A DNA stretch of 61,063 nt from an uncultured virus (IMG/VR IMGVR_UViG_3300037418_000253) (lineage: Duplodnaviria; Heunggongvirae; Uroviricota; Caudoviricetes), in the IMG/VR virus record IMGVR_UViG_3300037418_000253; one strand, 5' to 3'. Shown here one piece after another: positions 56,017 through 61,063 of this stretch. Each line of letters opens with the position of its first letter. Within the stretch, counting starts at the first letter, position 1. Below the pieces are notes generated by a model that searched no databases, had not been told where the DNA came from, and saw only the letters and a list, made by a program, of their open reading frames with translations. Position numbers and translations under genes: made by a program.

Positions 56017-57939
56017 TTACTTATTCAGAGTAGCATACTTGGCATTGATGTAGCAATAGGCATCCTCAACGTCCTGGCGCTGGAGACCAGACACCAACGG
56101 ATAATTGGCAAGCGCGTCCTTATCCGTCGTGGCGTAGATATTCTTGATGATACCAGTCGTCACACCGTTGTTGATAGAGTGCCAGGTGAAGTAACGCTTA
56201 GCCCGGTCGGAACCATCGCGGCTCTTTACGAAGCCAATGATATTCGACAGCATCGGGTCATCAATCCGGCTCGGGTCGAGCTGGAGGAGTACGTTACGAG
56301 TGTAGTGGTTAACCGACAGGAACGTCAAGTCCTCCTCAGTCAGCCCACCGATAATCTCGTTGATAAGTTCCTGGAGAACTTCCTCAAGGCCCTTGGCATT
56401 CGGGAACGTCTTCTTGAAGGCGTCCCACCGGCTGTGAGTAAGAGTAACAACCGCAGTACCCGGCCGCAACTCCTCCAGGCGCTTCTTATCATCAGCACCC
56501 ATGAAATTACCCGGCTTCGCCAGAACGATATCCGTGTGCGTGATTTCGTCCTTGGTGAGATATTGCGACTTGCCGTCAAAGTAGATTTCGAATCGCGGCT
56601 TCGAACGAGGAGCACTCGCCTTCTGCCGAACAATCTTAACCTGCTTAACGTCCTCCCACTTCACGATATTGGTCGGAACCCAGTCCGGAATTTCCGGCAG
56701 CTCGTCACAGATAAACATGTAGGAAGAACCCTCGGCATTCTCATTCCGCCACGCCCGCATCTTCTCACGGTGAGTCGGAGCAACCTTCTCGCTCGGGTAA
56801 CCGAAGATAATCGGAGTCTTCGGAATACTACGAACGTCCAGCCGGTGAATGTCGCTCACGGCGTAACGAGAGGCGTTCGTGTTGTACTGCATACCGTCTA
56901 CCTTGACAACCGTCTCCAGCTCGGAGCCACGGTACTGAATTGTAGAAGGCATCCGACTACGGGAACCATACCCGCCGCCGAAAATATCGTTCCACTCGTA
57001 GTAGGCGTTAAAAGCCTCCCACTCGCTGTCCTTTGAGTCAATATCCTCCTGGACAACCTTGGGCAACCGGTCGTTCACAATCGCCTTGAGATTGCTAATC
57101 GTTGCCTCGGTACGACGAGTGTAATGCAGGGCCTCACGAGAAGGCGTGAAGTTCACCGAGCCGATTTCCACGTAGGCAACAATTGCCCAGCGCTTCCAAT
57201 AGCTGTTGCCCTCGGACAGAGAGTGCTCGCCATCCAGAGGGTACGCCACGTTGCCCATGACGAGGTAGTCAGAGGAAATGTCACGGACCAGAAAAACACC
57301 CGGCGAGATTTCCTTGCCATCGAAATGCTCGGGCTCAGAGCCGTTAACCAGGACTGTGCCAGCCTTCCAGAAACGGAAGAAGTCACGGGACTTGCGCTCG
57401 AACTCGTTGCCACGCTTGACCGGAACAACCACCTCAACACTGTTCGGCTCATCGGTCGCAGAAGCGTCGATAATCTCCATGACGCCAGAGCCGTCCTCGG
57501 TACGAGAGACAGCCACCATGTACTTAACACCATCCTTGACCGTGTTAAGCGTGAACTGCTGCGTATAGGTCAGAGCTGACTTGCAGCCAAGGCCCAGCAT
57601 ACCCACAACGTCATCGGAATTACGCTTGGTGGAAGCACCGTACTTCGAGTAGATATTCTCAATGTCGTCCGCGTCCATACCAAGGCCATAATCCTTGACC
57701 TTGAAAAACGGGGAAAGCGCATTCGGGGTAGTGACCTCAATGGGTCGAGAAACACCCGCCGCAACGTGAGAGTCAAGGCCGTTGGTGCTGTATTCCCGAA
57801 TTACAGCCAGCTCGGGGTCGGAATACAGGTCCGTAAGAACAGACATGAGATGTGCCACGCTGTTCTCATCGAACATCATCTTGTGCTCGACACCGCCAAG
57901 GTTACCCTCACGCTGAGCAACAATCGTGTTCGGTCGCAT
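56017..57939 (-). CDS. rIIA: rIIA-like protein (GHKL ATPase N-terminus)
   Basis: LYSDPELAVIREYSTNGLDSH, KDYGLGM, YGASTKR, GMLGLGCKS, FTPSREALHY. Confidence 0.92.
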   Translation of the reverse strand: MRPNTIVAQREGNLGGVEHKMMFDENSVAHLMSVLTDLYSDPELAVIREYSTNGLDSHVAAGVSRPIEVTTPNALSPFFKVKDYGLGMDADDIENIYSKYGASTKRNSDDVVGMLGLGCKSALTYTQQFTLNTVKDGVKYMVAVSRTEDGSGVMEIIDASATDEPNSVEVVVPVKRGNEFERKSRDFFRFWKAGTVLVNGSEPEHFDGKEISPGVFLVRDISSDYLVMGNVAYPLDGEHSLSEGNSYWKRWAIVAYVEIGSVNFTPSREALHYTRRTEATISNLKAIVNDRLPKVVQEDIDSKDSEWEAFNAYYEWNDIFGGGYGSRSRMPSTIQYRGSELETVVKVDGMQYNTNASRYAVSDIHRLDVRSIPKTPIIFGYPSEKVAPTHREKMRAWRNENAEGSSYMFICDELPEIPDWVPTNIVKWEDVKQVKIVRQKASAPRSKPRFEIYFDGKSQYLTKDEITHTDIVLAKPGNFMGADDKKRLEELRPGTAVVTLTHSRWDAFKKTFPNAKGLEEVLQELINEIIGGLTEEDLTFLSVNHYTRNVLLQLDPSRIDDPMLSNIIGFVKSRDGSDRAKRYFTWHSINNGVTTGIIKNIYATTDKDALANYPLVSGLQRQDVEDAYCYINAKYATLNK

Positions 57940-58002
57940 TGGTTTTATTCTCCCTTTTGTTGGAACCAATGGGCAGCTTGGGGCAAGTGCCCCTGTAGAA
58001 GG

Positions 58003-58194
58003 TTACCAGATATCCCAGTCACCGTCACTGTGCTCGATGATGGCAAACCCGCCGAAAACAATCACGAGCCAAACAATCTCGATGATGATGAATGGGATTG
58101 TCTTTCCCATCTTGCCATCAACGATAATCCAGGTGATTCCAGAGAGGCCCGTCGCGAAGACTGCCTTCAAAAAAGCCTCGTACAACCAATGCAT
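58003..58194 (-). CDS. Membrane protein
   Basis: Two TM helices. Confidence 0.65.
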   Translation of the reverse strand: MHWLYEAFLKAVFATGLSGITWIIVDGKMGKTIPFIIIEIVWLVIVFGGFAIIEHSDGDWDIW

Positions 58195-58254
58195 ATTAAC
58201 ACCTTCTTCCTGGGGAGCTTAAAGAGGCTCCAGCGAACCAGAGCCCCTTTAGTT

Positions 58255-58731
58255 TTACAGGTCGTAGACTGTTACGTCAATGTCCCGCAGAGTCATGGTC
58301 CGATTGATAATCGACTCGATGACTTCCCACTTTCCTCGGGCCAGACCAGTCCCGATGCGAGGCATGTGAACCGTAGCACCATCATGTCCAGCAACCCTTG
58401 CCACCTTCTCAAGACAGTGGTTCAGAGCCGCATAAGAGATTGGATGCGGGTTAATCGGACTGACCATCCCATGCTGACCAATCATATTGGCCACTTCGAT
58501 ATCAGAGCTGACTCTGACAAACTGAACATGGCCAAGGGGCAGGAAGAAGCTACCATCGTTCAGCATATTGCGGTGCCACCTTCGGTACGAGTCCTCGGGC
58601 TCAGACCACCGGCGAGAAATCGCCTTTACGAAGCCCGCGCCCCAACCACCAGAGTCATTGCAGATATGAGCGATAATCTTCGCACCATCACCAATCGGCC
58701 TGGTCGCATCACCCTTGACATAAGTTACCAC
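58255..58731 (-). CDS. Macrodomain ADP-ribosylhydrolase (TARG1/DarG-like)
   Basis: KGDAT, IIAHICN..GGWGAGF, MPRIGTGLARGKW. Confidence 0.92.
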   Translation of the reverse strand: MVTYVKGDATRPIGDGAKIIAHICNDSGGWGAGFVKAISRRWSEPEDSYRRWHRNMLNDGSFFLPLGHVQFVRVSSDIEVANMIGQHGMVSPINPHPISYAALNHCLEKVARVAGHDGATVHMPRIGTGLARGKWEVIESIINRTMTLRDIDVTVYDL

Positions 58732-58955
58732 AGTCCCGGCTCTCCCTCCATCGGGTTCTTCTGAGAAGATTCTACCAGCTCCCAGTCCATATGGGCAACC
58801 AGCAGCTCAACGTTGGAGCCGTAAGCCTTGAGACTATTGTACTGGGAGCGAGCATATCGCTCCTCGGTGTAGGTGCCACCGCCCTTTTGCCGATACTTGA
58901 GCGGCTTTCCTCCGGGCTTGATGAGTACATAATACAGGGTCTTAGGAGCGGCCAT
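58725..58955 (-). CDS. Hypothetical protein
   Basis: RBS GGAGG. Confidence 0.7.
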   Translation of the reverse strand: MAAPKTLYYVLIKPGGKPLKYRQKGGGTYTEERYARSQYNSLKAYGSNVELLVAHMDWELVESSQKNPMEGEPGLW

Positions 58956-58990
58956 TCTTTACCTCCGCAATAATCTCGTCTGCCCTACAG

Positions 58991-59539
58991 TCAGGACAAA
59001 TCTTCTGCTTCATAAACGGTGTCATCGTCTTCCTCTGACACCTTGGGCATCGCCGCATTCGCTCTTGTCTTGCCACCGTACATTCCCAACCACTCTAGAG
59101 TACCGTACTTAACAACTGGCAGACCGGTGAGATTATCAAACCCGAAGGTATCTCTCGTCATCATCTCTGCCATGTTGACGTACTCAGAGGATACGGCATC
59201 CCACATATCTCCGCAAGGCTCCCGCTTCACGAATCCCGCCGCCGTATAATGTCCATTCTCGGTGGGAAAGGCTTCGACGCCACAACTGCATCGAGAATCC
59301 GACCGGTTGATATAAAGCACCCGGTCCCAGCGCAAGTCAAGGCCATTATCCTGGACCTCAAAATGCCTTACATAGTCCTCGTAGAAAGAGGACTCACCCT
59401 GGCAGTCCCAGTCCGAGTAGGCGAAGCTGTCGTACCACTCGCGCACGACCTCGAACTTCTTTTCCTCGGGAACGTACTGGAGAAATGTGCTTAGACCGTC
59501 ATCAAAGAATTCGGTTCCGCTGCACCATCCCATTTGCAT
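58991..59539 (-). CDS. Hypothetical protein
   Basis: MGWCSGTEFFD...DWDC N-terminal motif. Confidence 0.75.
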   Translation of the reverse strand: MQMGWCSGTEFFDDGLSTFLQYVPEEKKFEVVREWYDSFAYSDWDCQGESSFYEDYVRHFEVQDNGLDLRWDRVLYINRSDSRCSCGVEAFPTENGHYTAAGFVKREPCGDMWDAVSSEYVNMAEMMTRDTFGFDNLTGLPVVKYGTLEWLGMYGGKTRANAAMPKVSEEDDDTVYEAEDLS

Positions 59540-59565
59540 ACTCCTTAAACGGGAAACCCCGCCGC

Positions 59566-59793
59566 TTACTTCTTGCGACGGGGCTTCCTCTTTGGCTTCT
59601 CATCAATGTTCGGGTCATCAAGCATCTTGGCTACCTGCTTAACCTCTTCTGCTCCGCGCTTGGTCTTACCCTTAGCGGCAATCAAAAGAGCCAGTAGCAA
59701 TGCCTCACCCGTATGGACCACGTTGCCATCTCGAAGATATGCTAGGTCCATCACCCTCTTATTGGGCTTAATGTACTGAGTCATTTGCATCAC
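59566..59793 (-). CDS. Basic hypothetical protein
   Basis: Lys/Arg tail. Confidence 0.65.
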   Translation of the reverse strand: MMQMTQYIKPNKRVMDLAYLRDGNVVHTGEALLLALLIAAKGKTKRGAEEVKQVAKMLDDPNIDEKPKRKPRRKK

Positions 59794-59842
59794 CTATTTC
59801 ATTATAGCTTGAACCCCGCCGTTTCCGGCGGGGTTCAGTCAA

Positions 59843-60061
59843 TCAGCCTTCAACAGTAGGCTCATCGGTCTCAGCAAAACGCTGAGAAGCAGTCGTGAAA
59901 ACCTTGTTTAGAGACTTGTCACGGTCATCCAGCAAGTCAGTGCCGTCGAACTCAGACTCGACAAGGGACAGCGCACGAGCAATACGCGCAACCGTGTCCA
60001 GGCTCATCTCAACCGAAACAACCTCGTCGGCAGTCTTAACGAACTTCACCATGTGCTCCAT
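59843..60061 (-). CDS. Hypothetical protein
   Basis: Followed by hairpin 59811-59837. Confidence 0.7.
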   Translation of the reverse strand: MEHMVKFVKTADEVVSVEMSLDTVARIARALSLVESEFDGTDLLDDRDKSLNKVFTTASQRFAETDEPTVEG

Positions 60062-60092
60062 CTTTCGAACGGATTCATTATTTATTGTAACG

Positions 60093-60165
60093 TAGCGACG
60101 GAGAGATTCGAACTCTCACTGACCAGGACTTGAATCTGGTGCCTCTACCATTGGGCTACGCCGCC
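60093..60165 (-). tRNA. tRNA-Leu(CAA), short variable loop
   Basis: Loop TTCAAGT, Leu-type D arm, A discriminator. Confidence 0.85.
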
Positions 60166-60207
60166 ATAATAAAAGCCCCAGCATTGTCGTGAGATGAATG
60201 CTGGGAC

Positions 60208-60282
60208 TGGTGCGCAGTGAGGGATTCGAACCCCCGACCCTTTCGGTGTAAACGAAACGCTCTCCCGCTGAGCTAACCGCGC
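60208..60282 (-). tRNA. tRNA-Val(TAC)
   Basis: TTTCG-TTTACAC-CGAAA; CCA. Confidence 0.95.
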
Positions 60283-60332
60283 ATAGTGCCCTCTGATTTA
60301 GAGGGAACTTTGATATTTTATCATTCTTTACG

Positions 60333-60413
60333 TACCGGTGACAGGACTCGAACCTGCACTCCGAAGAACTAGTTCCTAAGACTAGCGTGTCTGCCAAATT
60401 CCACCACACCGGC
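60333..60413 (-). tRNA. tRNA-Leu(TAG)
   Basis: CTAGT-CTTAGGA-ACTAG; variable arm. Confidence 0.95.
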
Positions 60414-60457
60414 TTGCTTTACTTCTATATTAACAAACTCTTATCGAGTTTGTCAAG

Positions 60458-60529
60458 CTCCCCGTGCTGGACTCGAACCAACAACCTATGAGTTAACAGC
60501 TCACCGCTCTGCCATTGAGCTAACGGGGA
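60458..60529 (-). tRNA. tRNA-Asn(GTT)
   Basis: TGAG-CTGTTAA-CTCA. Confidence 0.93.
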
Positions 60530-60534
60530 AAGAT

Positions 60535-60702
60535 GAATACGGCTCCGGACTCTGATTCTCCACCGGCTTAGTCGGGCCATGCCCTACTTCCGTATTCTAC
60601 AGCATCACCACTCGCATCCCACCGACTTGTTGTAAGCGACCAACTTGTTGGTTCGTCTCAACTTCGCTTACTCATTCGCCTAAGCCTTGTCCGTGTTGCT
60701 GT
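60535..60702 (-). ncRNA. Candidate structured ncRNA(s) upstream of tRNA-Asn
   Basis: Promoter TTGACA-N18-TACAAT (60709-60738); stems ACAGCA/TGCTGT, GTAAGCGA/TCGCTTAC, GAATACGG/CCGTATTC. Confidence 0.45.
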
Positions 60703-60734
60703 GTAATTATTGTAGCATCCCCCGTAGGAGCTTG

Positions 60735-60905
60735 TCAATATCGCTTCTTACGGGGCTTGTCGTTCTTACGCTTACGAGCCAAGGCGAAGATAATCAGCCT
60801 GCCCGGCTCTCTCTTCGTTGACCTACCGAGCATACCATACTCTTCCTCAAGGCGAGCAAGGTAGCTCTCGTCATCACTGTAAACGTACTGATTCGTAGAC
60901 TTCAT
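60735..60905 (-). CDS. 56-aa basic protein
   Basis: MKSTNQYVY...KPRKKRY; RBS AAGGA. Confidence 0.6.
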   Translation of the reverse strand: MKSTNQYVYSDDESYLARLEEEYGMLGRSTKREPGRLIIFALARKRKNDKPRKKRY

Positions 60906-60914
60906 AATTCCTTC

Positions 60915-61063
60915 TGGTGGAGTAGGCGGGAGTCGAACCCGCGTCCGTTCATTTCAAGCATACAGTCGATGTACAGCCATGTCCATCATTTTAAAGCGTG
61001 TCTTGCGAATTACTCAAACTACCGGCCGTTCTGTTCCTAAGTGGCCAACTCGCGTAACTCAGA
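60915..61063 (-). ncRNA. ssrA: tmRNA, 3' part (runs off window)
   Basis: 3' end GGACGCGGGTTCGACTCCCGCCTACTCCACCA, no anticodon arm upstream. Confidence 0.85.

Larger units (their letters stand above)
23914..58250 (-). repeat. Dispersed intergenic 'GC hairpin + (C)AAGCTT' element, ~35 copies
   Basis: AAGCTT adjoining an inverted repeat at 23914, 24395, 25804, 30189, 30399, 31256, 32000, 33401, 34646, 34939, 35473, 38125, 39889, 41408, 41799, 42726, 43512, 43805, 46213, 47504, 54853, 55985, plus variants. Confidence 0.9.

Noticed and set aside
56221..58640. CTTTACGAAG inside rIIA (~56224) and macrodomain (~58625) genes as copies of the bipartite motif
   Set aside because: Second half-site missing; explained by Phe-Val-Lys codons.
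41895..58764. Long plus-strand ORFs (41895-42701, 43982-44866, 54077-54937, 54913-55980, 56014-57036, 57766-58764)
   Set aside because: Antisense shadows of well-supported minus-strand genes; no RBS or motifs.
60093..60165. Possible TCA (opal suppressor/Sec) anticodon
   Set aside because: Stem symmetry centres the loop on CAA, and D arm and discriminator are Leu-type.

Overview
61-kb segment of a large lytic actinophage, most likely a tRNA-rich Streptomyces siphovirus. Host inference rests on SsgA-, WhiB- and Lsr2-like genes. From the left: start of the virion operon on the minus strand (portal N-terminus, LamG protein, amidase/g-type lysozyme endolysin), class II RNR and a glycosyltransferase. 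A short plus-strand block follows (secreted transglycosylase, three tRNA-Thr, ThyX, DEDD exoribonuclease, C5 methyltransferase). At 11.6-21.7 kb lies a compositionally distinct block of small genes with two non-coding stretches, probably the genome-end / first-injected region. The remaining ~40 kb are minus-strand early/middle genes: two mini-kinases in total (one in the 11.6-21.7 kb block), two Lsr2-like proteins, SsgA, two RNA ligases, PNKP, NADAR, macrodomain, rIIA/rIIB, WhiB, ten more tRNAs and the 3' end of a tmRNA. The most striking signals are non-coding: about 35 gene-junction 'RNA hairpin + AAGCU' elements, a different long-hairpin family confined to the 14-19 kb block, a polar TTTACGA-N14-CTCAGGA repeat, a leaderless uORF/terminator/antiterminator switch, an oriC-like cluster of host-regulator boxes and several unassigned structured RNAs. 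All calls come from reading motifs by eye; no searches were run.
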